Source: Macrostomum lignano
Lineage: Eukaryota
Direction of reading: 5' to 3'
DNA length: 64,000 bases
Assembly: GCA_002269645.1 (NCBI GenBank)
Contig: NIVC01003406.1
Location: 1 to 64,000, forward strand
Positions 24,401-35,510 of this stretch are shown in pieces (positions within the stretch are counted from its first letter, which is position 1; the number at the start of each line of letters is the position of its first letter). The notes beneath the pieces are model-generated. The model ran no database searches, was not told the origin of the DNA, and saw only the letters and a program-made list of their open reading frames with translations. The translations under genes were made by a program, and so were the position numbers.

Positions 24401-25729
24401 CAAATCTGAGCCCTGAAGTCCCGAATCTGAGCCCTGAAGTCCCGAATCTGAGCCCTGAAGTCCCGAATCTGAGCCCTGAAGTCCCGAATCTGAGCCCTGA
24501 AGTCCCGAATCTGAGCCCTGAAGTCCCGAATCTGAGTCATGAAGTCCCGAAACTGAGCCATGAATTCCCGAATATGAGTCATGAAGTCCCAAATTGAAGC
24601 CCTGAAACTAAAAACACAAATGATAAGAAATGCGTATTTACAATTTAACTGCTGCTGACTCACTTATTCTGATCAATCTTTTTCCGCTTCTCCAGTTTCT
24701 CCTCTTCAGTGAGAATGTACTCCCGCTTCATGCCGATGTCGAAGCACTTGGCCAGCCGGCAGCGCTTGCAGAAGCGGCGATTTGAAACGTCTATGCTGCA
24801 GGCGCCGCTGTATGGGCACTTGAATGCCTCCTGTAATTGCAGGTGGCCCGGCAACTGAGGGTCTGGGAGGCTGGCCCGGTAACTGAGAATCTGGGAGGCT
24901 GGCCCAGCAACTGAGGATCTGGGAGGCTGGCCCAGCAACTGAGGATCTGGGAGGCTGGCCCAGCAACTGAGGATCTGGGAGGCTGGCCCAGCAACTGAGG
25001 ATCTGGGAGGCTGGCCCAGCAACTGAGGATCTGGGAGGCTGGTACAGGCAACAGGAATAGAACAAGTAACATTAAGGAAAGAAACAGACGACAAAATCTT
25101 ACAACTCCTTTAACAGCATTCCGCCTGAAGAAGGCTTTGCAGGATTCACAGCTCACGGCGTCAAAGTTGAAGCCCAAAGCTTTGTCGCCGCAGACGCCGC
25201 AGATTTTATCGTCCCTCGGGTGCCGCTGTCCGCCAGCTTTGCCAGGCTGGACGGCTGGGGCAGCGGCCGCAGCGCCGACGACGTCGTCGGGCACTGAGGG
25301 CTCGGTCTTGAATGCACCTGAGCAGGCCTGAGCTTGAGTCTGTTGTTGCTGCTGCTGCTGCTGCTGCAGAAACGGAGTCTGGTGCGGGGATGTTGAATCC
25401 GCATTGAGCTGCAGGAAATCTGGGCCTTGCTCTTCGAGGAACAGCGGCATTGGCTGCTGCTGCTGCTGCTGCTGCTGATGGTGGTGGTGGTGGCCAAATG
25501 AGTGCGGACTGAAGCCGGACGAACAGCTGGACAAAGGAGACAGGCTGACAGCAAAGCTGCTATCAGAGGAGTCTGGATAGTGATGCGGTGGTTGCTGTTG
25601 CTGCTGCGGCAGAAGTGGTGGCTGCTGCTGCTGCTCAGTGCCTTCAAGCAGCTCGACATTCAGCAAGTCGATGCTGAACAATGGGTCATAGTCATTGCCG
25701 GAGCCTTGCTGCGACTGCTGCTGCTGCAT
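21484..25729 (-). CDS. HR96: Nuclear receptor, HR96/DAF-12 (NR1J)-like, 4 coding exons
   Basis: Exons 25729-25103, 24830-24664, 22709-22319 and 21912-21484 join in phase. DBD: CGVCGDKALGFNFDAVSCESCKAFFRR (ESCKA P-box of NR1J) and CPYSGACSIDVSNRRFCKRCRLAKCFDIGMK. LBD signature: CKQLPEFLRLSPPDRVALMKGG and RPLMAELL (AF-2). Poly-Q/poly-H N-terminus. Exact orthology needs a phylogeny. Confidence 0.9.
21948..22100. repeat. 43-bp repeat GATCAACAGCTGAGTGGGGAAAAATGGGATTTAGGTTAAAGGG, receptor intron 3
   Basis: About 3.5 copies. Confidence 0.9.
22815..23705. repeat. 20-bp minisatellite GGATCGTGAAGATTGGGTGG, receptor intron 2
   Basis: More than 40 near-identical copies. Confidence 0.97.
24256..24605. 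repeat. 21-bp minisatellite TCTGAGCCCTGAAGTCCCGAA, receptor intron 2
   Basis: About 16 copies. Confidence 0.95.
24848..25042. repeat. 28-bp minisatellite CTGAGGATCTGGGAGGCTGGCCCAGCAA, receptor intron 1 (between the two zinc fingers)
   Basis: About 7 copies filling most of a 272-bp intron. Confidence 0.95.
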
Positions 25730-26744
25730 TATTGTTAGTGTGTTCTCTGCGGGATTATCCAACAATAGACTCTGACAGATATTGTGAACAGAGTTTAGTG
25801 GCTAGTTGAAATGAGCGCTGAGAATTATAACAGAGAAGATTTGAACTGCAAGTCTGTGTAGCCTCTCAGCTCAATCTGAGTTCGTGCACCGAAAGTGTTT
25901 AGGTAAGAAATTATTTAGCTGGCTATTTTAACTGTAATAATATAATAAAAATTCGGTCAGTAAAGTGCCCTTCCCATGTTAAAGCAGCAGAATTTTGATA
26001 AAGAGAACGAGAAAAGTGCAGTCATTTTGACTTAGCAGTAAGTTAATTACTGTGACACAAATAAGTACATAAAACTATTGGAGCTTGCAAGGTGGTTAGG
26101 ATAATAGGACTTCTTCTTAGGACTTTATGGATTATAATTGAGAACTTTTACAAAAGAAACTTTAAATAGTCAAATTACAAAGCCTTAGTCTTAAAAGTAC
26201 TATTCTTTGATTTTTTATATATATGATTTTTTAACCATAAAAAATTTCTATGAAAAACTTGATGACATCTAAAAGGTGACATTAGTCGCCAGGGGTTAGC
26301 GAAATGGGCGGCAACGCCTCCTCGCTGTTTCCGGACGCGCGGAGCCCCCCTGCAGCTAAGTCAAGTAAGTCAAAGGTGACATTAATGCCTAATATCCCTA
26401 AGCTTACTCAAGCCAAAAGTGTTTTTTGCAAGTAGCAGTCTAAGCATTAAGCATTAAGCAGGCTTAAGCATTCACAACAAAGAAAAAAAAGGCTAGCTTT
26501 GACAAACTAGTTGCAATTTGTGGTGCAATTCAACCCATTAGCCAATATAGTAGGCACTAGTGCATTAGGCCCCTTTATGGTAGGCATTCAAAACTCTTAA
26601 ATGGAATGCCTATTGCAAGCAATCTTTTTTGGAATATTTGACCTACTTCCAATTTGTATAAAATTTGAATACCAATTTGCCAAATGAACCTAAATTAATT
26701 AGGCCCATTAGCTACCCCTATCTACAATTGCAAAACTATGCTAC

Positions 26745-27595
26745 CAGTGATGGGCACCACTAAATTTATTTTAAGCGCTGCTAATTAGCACTGTTGCTAA
26801 CTGATTTAAGAAAAAAATAGCGATTGCTAATAGTGGACACTATTTCTACTTTGAAATTTAGCACAATTAGTACCACTAATTTTGAAATGTGCTAATTAAT
26901 AAATATATTTAATATAAACTGCCATTTCACACATATTTATGCATTTCTGCTCATTTTTAACTCTCACATTTTAAATGAATAAGCTAATAATGCCTTTGCT
27001 AATAAAAATCCTCAAGCCACTGAACTGTCAAAGCAACAGTTGGTAGAAAGAATTCCTAAATGACAATGTTGTTTGCCTTGAAGAAGGTCAAGGGCTATTG
27101 CCACTAGGCCATGGCCTTCTTATACACAAGAAGGAAGGCAAGACCATCAGCTTGAAATGGTAGTACAGGATTTCTAAACCCTACCATCACCCTGTTGATA
27201 GCCTGTTACTTTGCATCTCATTGCTTAGAATATCAAATGAGTTGAATGTTGAATTCATTGATGATATTTTGAACCTTGAAACCTTGTTGATAATGAAAAA
27301 TGAAAATAGATATTCAAATTTTGTTTCACATTTTTAAGAAAATTAGAAACATTTACATAATCTTTAACTTACTAATCAAAGAGGGTCTCATTTTAAGTAT
27401 TGAACAGTCATTAACCCTCTAATTTTTTTAGCAAAAAATAAATTTTAGTGCAATTAGCAACTTTTAGAAAACGTTAGTGGCACTTTGATAGCGCAAGCTA
27501 ATCAGAATTTCAATTTAGCAGAATTAGTGGCACTAACAAAATATTAGCGGCACTTCAGCGGAATTCAAATTTAGCAGCGCTAGTGCCCATCACTG
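26745..27595. mobile_element. Non-autonomous hAT-type element (~851 bp)
   Basis: 13-bp perfect TIR CAGTGATGGGCAC / GTGCCCATCACTG; 8-bp TSD TATGCTAC (26737-26744) versus TATGCCAC (27596-27603), 1 mismatch; no ORF. Confidence 0.85.
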
Positions 27596-28397
27596 TATGC
27601 CACCCTTTCTATATTATAAAAAAACACAAATAAGATCATAGCAACTTGAAAGATTGATAAAAAAGGCTTTGTTTCATCCTTTTTTTTTGAAAATAAAAAA
27701 ACTTTCTAAAAATTATATATCTAGCTTTAATTAGGTCTTAGGATAATAACAAGCTGTCATCTTTTTTCATAAAAGCTTACATTTTTCATTTTTAGACACT
27801 TGTGCAATATGCAAAAATAGACAGTTGTTATTTGTCTAGCCTTTTTGCTATTTGTGCAGTTAAATTGCTAACATAAGTATCTATTTGTTTAGTGATAAAT
27901 ATTCTAGATTTTTAAACTCTTTCTTATATCCTAATTAATATTTTGTTATTAGTGCAAGCAAAGCAGATATATGTAATGCATATGCAATTTGGCATAATTT
28001 GATATATAAGACATATATTAGTAAAACAACATAACAATCAAGATACAAGTAAGAAGTCTTTGAAGTCCAGGAATAGTTACCCTTATATAGTTTCTGTAAA
28101 ATAAAATATCAATTTAACCGGACAAATAACAATTGTCACAAAAATATATAAGCCTATTAGTATTAGTAGTGTTCCGCCGTAGCCGTAGCTATGGCTACGG
28201 GATCCTATGGCAAATATGATAAAATAGGTGCCTATGGCAGCTACAGATATGCCTATAGTAGCTAGCTGCTCCTATGGCTACCAATACAGAAATATGGTAG
28301 TTGTTATCACATTCTGTAGATTCCCATAGCTATAGTTATAAATGTTAAAAAAATGAAATAATATTAGAAACAGGTAGAGTAAAACAAATATAGGCCT

Positions 28398-31241
28398 TGT
28401 CGAATAGACAATAAACTAACAACTAACAATATGTGATTAGTGGTGCAGAAAGGAAGGAGGGGAAAGAAGAAGTGAAGGGCCTAAGCCGCGGGTTGAAGTT
28501 GTATTTATACTAACAATAATGAACAGGCCAGCTGAATTGTCTGTGGTAAATGAACGGTTACGATAGTCTGTGGGAAAGGCATGGCAGACAAAGGGAGACG
28601 GTTAACTGAAAAGTACAAGGTAATAGAAAGTACAAATATTTGGAGGATGGAAATCCGACAGGCTCGGGGGGCCAACAGGTAACGATAAGATAGAGGGGAT
28701 TTTGAATGGTAAAATCAGTAGAATGATTAAAAGCGAGTATTTGCGCATTGATTTTAGTTCGTGGAAACGGTAAAATGTTTAGTCAGGTGCAACAATAATT
28801 CCGGGCCGGAAGCCAAGCCGGCAGACGGGACGGGCATCATCTTCCTTGGTGTCAGCGCCGATGACAAGGTTGTCGACGTAGAGGCCGCCGATGATGCGCT
28901 CGAGCTCGGGTCGGGTGAGGTCGGAATCTCCAGAGTTAATTGCGTCCAAGCAGATCTTGTGGAGGACCACCAAGAGAATCCACGGGCTGGGAGAGGCGCC
29001 CATGACGATGCGAGTGAAGCGCCAGAGCTCGAAGTTGCCTTGTACTAGCGGCTTGTTGATATCCTTTGGAAGGATGATGCGGAGGGCGTCGCGGTGAGGC
29101 TCGTGAACACCTATCTGGTAGAAGGCGGCCTTGAGGTCAGATGAGATGCTGAACCGGTGAGCGCGGTGAACTAGTAAGACTTGAAGCATTGAGGTCAGAA
29201 GGTTGGGCCCAGGCTCTAGGAGGTCGTCGAGTGTAGCGCCGTCGACGACGGGGCGGATCTTCGTCGTGTTGAAGCTCTCCTTTATGACTGGGAAGTGCGG
29301 CAGAGTCTGGATGACTGGGCCAGCTGGCTGGCCAGGGCTGACTCGTTCCAGGACACCTTTTTGCTTGCGCTTCTCGAACTCGGCGTAGTAGGCCTCGGCC
29401 TCGCGCTCGGGAAGGCTGAGGCGGCGGTGTGTGGCTTGAGCACTACCGAAGGCCTGGCCAAAGTTGGAAGGTAGGAGTTCGGCTCCAGGTTCGAATGGCA
29501 GGTCGACGGAGATTCGACCGTCGGTATCGCGCATGATGGAGTCGGGCAGGCGTTCCTGGGGTCTGTCGTTCCTGGCGTCGGGCCGTTCAGCATCCTTTGC
29601 CGTGCCGAGAGCTTCGAGGTTGGACATGCTGTCCAGAAGTCGGTCGAGGTGGAGCCCATCGTTGTTAGGGAAAGTGTTCGCAATGACCACTTGCGAGGAG
29701 CCGAGGAAGCCGTTGAGACGAGAGGCTGTGGTATCGAGGGAGCCGTCGAGGATGGCCCTGAAGGGTGTCGGGCAGGCTTTGAGAGTCGTTCGAAGCGCTT
29801 GGGCAGGTACGTTAGGGCTGATAGGCTGACTGGCGTCGCTGCAGGGACAAGAACTCTTGGGCTCTTGGCTGGCAGTGGAACTTAACTTCGCGGCTGGGCG
29901 AGATTTAATGTCGGCGCAAGGAGCGGGGTCAGGTTGATAGGCGTCCGACGATAAGCGATTGCCGGTGCTGCGGGCTTGTGGCGGCTGGGAACTGGCGTTG
30001 CCCAGAAGGATGGCGGAAGCGAAGGTCGCAGCCGGAGGGGTAGCGGAAGCGGCTCTGAGCGTCTTCAGCTTGTAATCGAGGTGGCACTGGAGCTGTGTCA
30101 TAGTTGGCAAGAGAGGCTGCCCGTTGGCAGCACGAAGGTTGCGGATCTCGCTCTGCAGCTCGATCGGGAGGCGGCTCCACAGGGCGTAGACGTAGCCGTC
30201 AATGGTGCTGGCGGGCTCGCCAAGGCGGAGGAGCTGGCCGGTAGCGAGTCGGAGGGCGTCGGTGTAGGTCTCGAGCTCGTCTATGTCGGAGGCAGAGTTG
30301 CAGTGAAGGGCGAGGAGACGCTGGAAGGAGGCGTTCTTTTGCTCCTGTGTGTCGGTGTAGTTGGCCTGGAGGACACGGCAGGCCTCGGCGTAGGCGTTGG
30401 GTTGGTAGGCATTGAGGGCACCGAGCTTCTTGAGAGCGGAGCCGGAGAGCAGACCGCGAAGCGCCTCGAATTTGTCGACGTCGTTGAGGCTGGAGCGGTC
30501 AACGCGGTAGACGAAGGCGTCCCAGAAGCCCGGAAATGCAGCAGGGTCCGTACCGTCGAAGATCGGGAGATGTACGTTCTTGTGAATGGTGGAGCGGATG
30601 AGCCCGGCCGGATCGTGAGCATCTGGTGCGGGTGTTGAAGCAGTTGGTGTTGAGGCTGGACGGACGGTGGCGGCGAGCTGCTGAATGAGCTGCTGGTTCT
30701 GCTGCATCATCGCGGTCATTGAGGCGATGAGGGCGTTTACGTCGACAGAGGCAGCGGGAGCTGTTGCAGGGATCGGAGTTGTGGAAGTAGCAGCGAGAGG
30801 AGCGGATGTCGTGGCGGATGAAGCAGCTGGCGGCGGGTCACTGGCTTCGACGGGTGGCTGCTCCGCGGCAGTGGTCGCTTCAGTAGAGGTTGAGAGGTGG
30901 TCGTTCTGGGACTGCTGATGGTCGCCAGATTGGTCAGTTGTCGATCGTGTGATGACCATGACGCTCTGCTACCAGAATTGTCGAATAGACAATAAACTAA
31001 CAACTAACAATATGTGATTAGTGGTGCAGAAAGGAAGGAGGGGAAAGAAGAAGTGAAGGGCCTAAGCCGCGGGTTGAAGTTGTATTTATACTAACAATAA
31101 TGAACAGGCCAGCTGAATTGTCTGTGGTAAATGAACGGTTACGATAGTCTGTGGGAAAGGCATGGTAGACAAAGGGAGACGGTTAACTGAAAAGTACAAA
31201 GTAATAGAAAGTACAAATATTTGGAGGATGGAAATCCGACA
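28398..31241 (-). mobile_element. Internally deleted BEL/Pao LTR retrotransposon (2844 bp)
   Basis: 263-bp LTRs at 28398-28660 and 30979-31241 (TGTCG...CGACA; two mismatches seen by eye); 5-bp TSD GGCCT on both sides; PBS TGGTAGCAGAGCGT at 30974-30961. Confidence 0.95.
28779..30959 (-). CDS. BEL/Pao Gag fused to a truncated reverse transcriptase (726 aa)
   Basis: Gag core LPIFDG...FWDAF...DKFEALRGLLSG (DUF1759-like); protease remnant RAILDGS; RT motifs LPHFPV, KIRPVVD, GPNL, DLKAAFYQI, FTRIVMG.SPSPW and YVDN. No RNase H or integrase before the 3' LTR. Confidence 0.88.
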   Translation of the reverse strand: MVITRSTTDQSGDHQQSQNDHLSTSTEATTAAEQPPVEASDPPPAASSATTSAPLAATSTTPIPATAPAASVDVNALIASMTAMMQQNQQLIQQLAATVRPASTPTASTPAPDAHDPAGLIRSTIHKNVHLPIFDGTDPAAFPGFWDAFVYRVDRSSLNDVDKFEALRGLLSGSALKKLGALNAYQPNAYAEACRVLQANYTDTQEQKNASFQRLLALHCNSASDIDELETYTDALRLATGQLLRLGEPASTIDGYVYALWSRLPIELQSEIRNLRAANGQPLLPTMTQLQCHLDYKLKTLRAASATPPAATFASAILLGNASSQPPQARSTGNRLSSDAYQPDPAPCADIKSRPAAKLSSTASQEPKSSCPCSDASQPISPNVPAQALRTTLKACPTPFRAILDGSLDTTASRLNGFLGSSQVVIANTFPNNDGLHLDRLLDSMSNLEALGTAKDAERPDARNDRPQERLPDSIMRDTDGRISVDLPFEPGAELLPSNFGQAFGSAQATHRRLSLPEREAEAYYAEFEKRKQKGVLERVSPGQPAGPVIQTLPHFPVIKESFNTTKIRPVVDGATLDDLLEPGPNLLTSMLQVLLVHRAHRFSISSDLKAAFYQIGVHEPHRDALRIILPKDINKPLVQGNFELWRFTRIVMGASPSPWILLVVLHKICLDAINSGDSDLTRPELERIIGGLYVDNLVIGADTKEDDARPVCRLGFRPGIIVAPD

Positions 31242-32070
31242 GGCCTACTTTGGTAAACTTAGAAACTACTAAAATATACCTAATAAAGTACAATCAAACA
31301 CTAGCAAACTCTAATTTTTATTTATGTGAAAAAGTTCAGCATTAGCACTTTCAGTAATGATTAAGTATTGTTGCTTTGAAAAAAGATGAAATATAATCTT
31401 ATAAAGGCAATTGAGTGTTTCTTTTATTTTCTAACTTAATTTGCAGTTGTTTAAGTACTAGGTTATCTTCTTGATTCAAAATATTTTGTTTTCTAGACTT
31501 TTTGTTAAAACTATGGCATGGCTATGGATGGGAACTACAGCGGCTACAGCCTACAGGAATATGGTAATATTAAGGTCCCTATGGCTACGGAATACGGAAA
31601 ATTGGAATAAGCCATAGTTTTGCTTAGGGCCTACAGCTAGGCTTATGGCTATGGCTACAGTATATAGATCTTCCTTACAGTGGAACACTACTTATTAGAG
31701 AAAAAATAAATTAATTAAAGATACTAGCTATAAAATGACAAAAAATATTACAGTTTTTTGGACTTGCATTTTAAGCTAAAGGCTAACTTCTATAAATATT
31801 GATTATTCTTGCAAAGGTTTTGGCTATTGTAAGCCTAATTATATTTTTTTTATAAAATTTAGAAAGCTAAAATTAAAAAAGCTAAAGCTTATAGGCTCTA
31901 TAGGCCTACTATAACTAAGGCATTGAATTTTTGGATTTACTAATACTATAATAACAATGATAGGTCTAGCTAGCTACATTTTTAGCAATTTATCATAATA
32001 TGGACATATGGTCAATGAAAAATTCAATTAAATAGGCATAAATTTTGATAGGTGTAGGTGTAAGCCCCTA

Positions 32071-32178
32071 GGGGCATAGTTCTAGTTTACTGCATTAAAT
32101 TATTTCGCCCTCTATTCAAGGCCATCAAGGGTAGGGGGGGGGGTTGGAATATAATGAAGTAAACTAGAACTATGCCCC
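32071..32178. other. Short inverted repeat / mini-MITE (~108 bp)
   Basis: GGGGCATAGTTCTAGTTTACT at 32071-32091 and its perfect complement at 32158-32178, extendable inward by ~6 bp with one mismatch. Confidence 0.8.
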
Positions 32179-33049
32179 CCTAAGGGCCTATGTCTAAACT
32201 AGTTAGGCCTACTAATAGAGCTTTCAAATAAATATCTATTAAATAAAAAAGCTATAGGCTACATCAAAAAATTATTGGTAGATTTGATTATTGAGCACTT
32301 ACTTAGTCAACTGCTAGGTGCTAACTAGGCCTAGGCTAAGCCTAACTAACTAGGCTTATAAATGCTATAATTTTAAAGCCTCCTAGAGTCCTAGGACCTA
32401 GGGCTAGACAACGAATAGTTTGGTATATAGGCCCTAGCTAACTTAAGGCTATAGAGGATAAAGTTCTACATAAAATGTACAACAAAATGTACAAAGCAGA
32501 AAAACATTACTGTGAATTAAATGCATCTGACTTTATATGCTTATACAACAATATAAAAGACATATCGCTGTGTAGCTGTCAATTTTAGGTTTTAGTTTTA
32601 GCCCCTAACAGTAAATCGGCGCATTAATTTACGGTGACAGAATTTCGGTGTCTACAATTTGAACGACCGCGCCGCTAACGACCGCTCGCCTACGACGACA
32701 ACTACCCTCCCCCGGAGTTGAGGACCCCGGCAGCCGGAGTAAAACAGGAGAAATTTCGTTGGGATTCGTCTGCGCGATTTTCCGGATTTAAATCGTGCGA
32801 ACTCAACGCCGGCGGCGATTCAAAGTCCAAACCTGTAAATACCCTAGTCGCCGTTTGAAATACGAGTGACGAAGTCGTGCAGGCAATTCTTGTCGGCTGT
32901 GCTCACTTAGCCGAGGGGAGAAAGTCTTAAAGATTCCTGCTCAAACCATTACTGTATTTATAACCATTGGCGATGTTTTGCAGACAGCGTGCGAGGCTTA
33001 AAAGCGTAATTCACGCGCGGGAATAAAATCAATTCCAGAATACATTCAA

Positions 33050-33105
33050 ATCTTTCTAATCTTTCTAATCTTTCTAATCTTTCTAATCTTTCTAATCTTT
33101 CTAAT
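33050..33105. repeat. 9-bp repeat AATCTTTCT
   Basis: About 6 perfect copies. Confidence 0.9.
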
Positions 33106-34859
33106 ATATCTAAAGTAGCAACCCCCCCTCCACCGGCCCTGTCTGTCTGTGGGTATGTAACAGGTTATCTCCCAAAAGGCTCAACCGATTTTCTCCGTTT
33201 CTTCGCCAAAAGATGTCAAATGTGCCCGGGACGGTACATGTAATTTTATTAAGCTCTAGCTCAATGCTAAGGGGATTAAATATTCGAAAAACTGTTTTAA
33301 ATGGCCTTTTTAGTGTATTTTTTTATCAGCCTGCGCGCAGCGAGAAACTTCACAGCCAATTTTAATGATTGCGCCAGAGCCAACTGATAAGAAAATTCAC
33401 TTTGCCCCACTGCCCAGATAATTACTCTATTTAACTTGCGTAACCAATTAAGGGGGGGGGTATAATAAAAATTCTGGATGCTTCCATCACAATATACTAA
33501 ATCTCTAAGATCTGTCTGTCTGTCTGTCTGACCGGTATTCCAGTCCACAGCCTGAATGCCTGAACCGATTTTTTTCAAACTTGCTTTATTCAATTGCAAA
33601 TTCTTGTGAGATTGTGTGGGTGTAATTGCAGTTAAAAAATTCGAATGGGAAGATGGTTAAATAATCGAAAAACGAGTTTTCCCTATGCTTTCACTGGGAG
33701 GCTAGAAAAGGTCAAAATCTCGACTAACTGAATAGCAATTCCAATTAAGATTGCGCCACAACTTTTCTCTATTCACTGTGTAGGCCCCAATACTGGCTGC
33801 AGTGTGCAAGGGGGAGGAGAATGCTCAGTGGCTGCGTGTGTACATTCTGACCCTGGCTGACTGGCGGACTGCATAGACAATTGCTATTTATAGATTTCAC
33901 TCAACTGTGCATTGGCTCTGCCTGCATACAACCTGTGCACACTGAACAGCCTATCACTGCTATGTATTTGACTGCAGTGCCGAAGCATATATGGCTGATT
34001 TTTGCGCCCTCCGATCAGAAAGTGGAGTAGCTGCAGTGTAGGCACTAGGACTAGGTTTAGGCTAGGCGTAAGGTCCAAGGTTCGACTCTGCCTCCTTGGT
34101 GTATGATTAAAATTAAATTTATTTATTCATTTATAGCTTCCTCTCAACTAATTGAAATATTTTTGTTGAATTCGCAAGGCACACTTAATGAATAATTTTT
34201 GCCATATACAAAATTATTCAAATTCACTAAGCAAATCTGATTTGTAAAAAAACTGCTTCGAGCATTACTTATCGCATCAATGGGTATTGCCTACTAGCTC
34301 CATGAAAGTATGAAATTGCTAAGCTGCTAAATTAATTAAGGCTGAATTGGGAAAAAACTGCCGATATGTATCAAAAATTGATTAGTGAACTGTAATAAAT
34401 GCTGAGAAAAAATTAAGATTCTTGAAAGGATCCTTTATTTCAGTTTGCTAAATATACTGAGAAGCCCGCCGAGAGGAGAACTGCAGACTGCTGAGGGGAA
34501 CTGCAGATTGGCGAAAGGATCATTCATGCAGACAGCAAAGGGGACAAACTGAAAACTGCTTAGGTAGTTCTTCCAGACTTATAAGGCTATAGCTGCAAAC
34601 TGCTGAGGGGAACTGCTTGGAGGATTGGTAGACTTCTGAGCTGTTGTTTGCTGAGGGGACAGTTCTAGGCTGCTGAGGAGATAAATGCTTAATAATTGTT
34701 ATAGACTGCAAGGGGATAACTCCAAGCTGCTAAGATAATGACTGCAGTCTGTTTTTTTGGGATTGGAAGGGATAATTTTAGGTTGTTGTGGAGACATCTC
34801 AGGAATTACTGAGATGTCAAGTCTTATTGGTTGAATTGCTGAGATGTCATGGCTTTTTG

Positions 34860-35510
34860 GGGTAATTTCTGAAAATTTCAAGGCTTATGGGAATTTCTGA
34901 GATGTCAAGGCTTACTAAGGGAATTCTTGAGATGTTAAGATGTCAAGGCTTATTGAGAGAATTACTGAGATGTCAAGACTTATTGGGGGAATTTCTGAAT
35001 GTCAAGGCTTATTGGGAGAATTGCTGAGATTTGATGGCTTTTTAGGGTAATTTCTGAGATTTCAAGGCTCACGGGAATTGCTCAGGTGTCAAGGCTTACT
35101 GGGGGAGTTACTGAGATTTCAAGGCTTACTAAAGGGAATTCTTGAGATGTTAAGATGTCAAGGCTTATTGAGAGAATTACTGAGATGTCAAGACTTATTG
35201 GGGGAATTTCTGAATGTCAAGGCTTATTGGGAGAATTGCTGAGATTTTATGGCTTTTTGGGGTAATTTCTGAGATTTCAAGGCTCACGGGAATTGCTCAG
35301 ATTTCAAGGCTTACTGGGGGAATTACTGAGATTTCAAGGCTTACTGGAGGAATTTCCGAGATGTCAAGGCTTACTGGCCTGGGAGAATAGCGTAGATGTC
35401 AAGGCTCGAGTTTAATTGCTAATGTCGATGCTTACTGAGGGAATTTCTCAGATGTCAAGGCTCGTGGGGGATGGCTGAATTGTTGAGATATCAAGGCTCA
35501 TTGGGGGTGG
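34860..35510. repeat. Degenerate ~31-bp repeat GAATTGCTGAGATGTCAAGGCTTACTGGGGG
   Basis: About 20 imperfect copies; the same family recurs at ~37000-37220 and ~38560-39180. Confidence 0.85.

Larger units (their letters stand above)
28167..31690. mobile_element. Probable hAT-like MITE (~680 bp when empty) interrupted by an LTR element
   Basis: TIR TAGTGTTCC...GTA / TAC...GGAACACTA; subterminal CTATGGCTA/GCTACAG motifs at both ends; flanks AGTATTAG / CTTATTAG (6/8 match, TSD uncertain). Confidence 0.65.

Noticed and set aside
26310-26365. GCCTCCTCGCT matches the HDV ribozyme P3/L3 sequence and is followed by GCTAA
   Set aside because: The required P3 (GCC/GGC), P1 and P2 pairings could not be built; the 11-nt match is probably chance.
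29203-30918. + strand ORFs opposite the BEL/Pao ORF, and similar antisense ORFs over the CYP, receptor, orphan gene and FLOT2
   Set aside because: Shadow ORFs caused by GC-rich codon usage on the coding strand.
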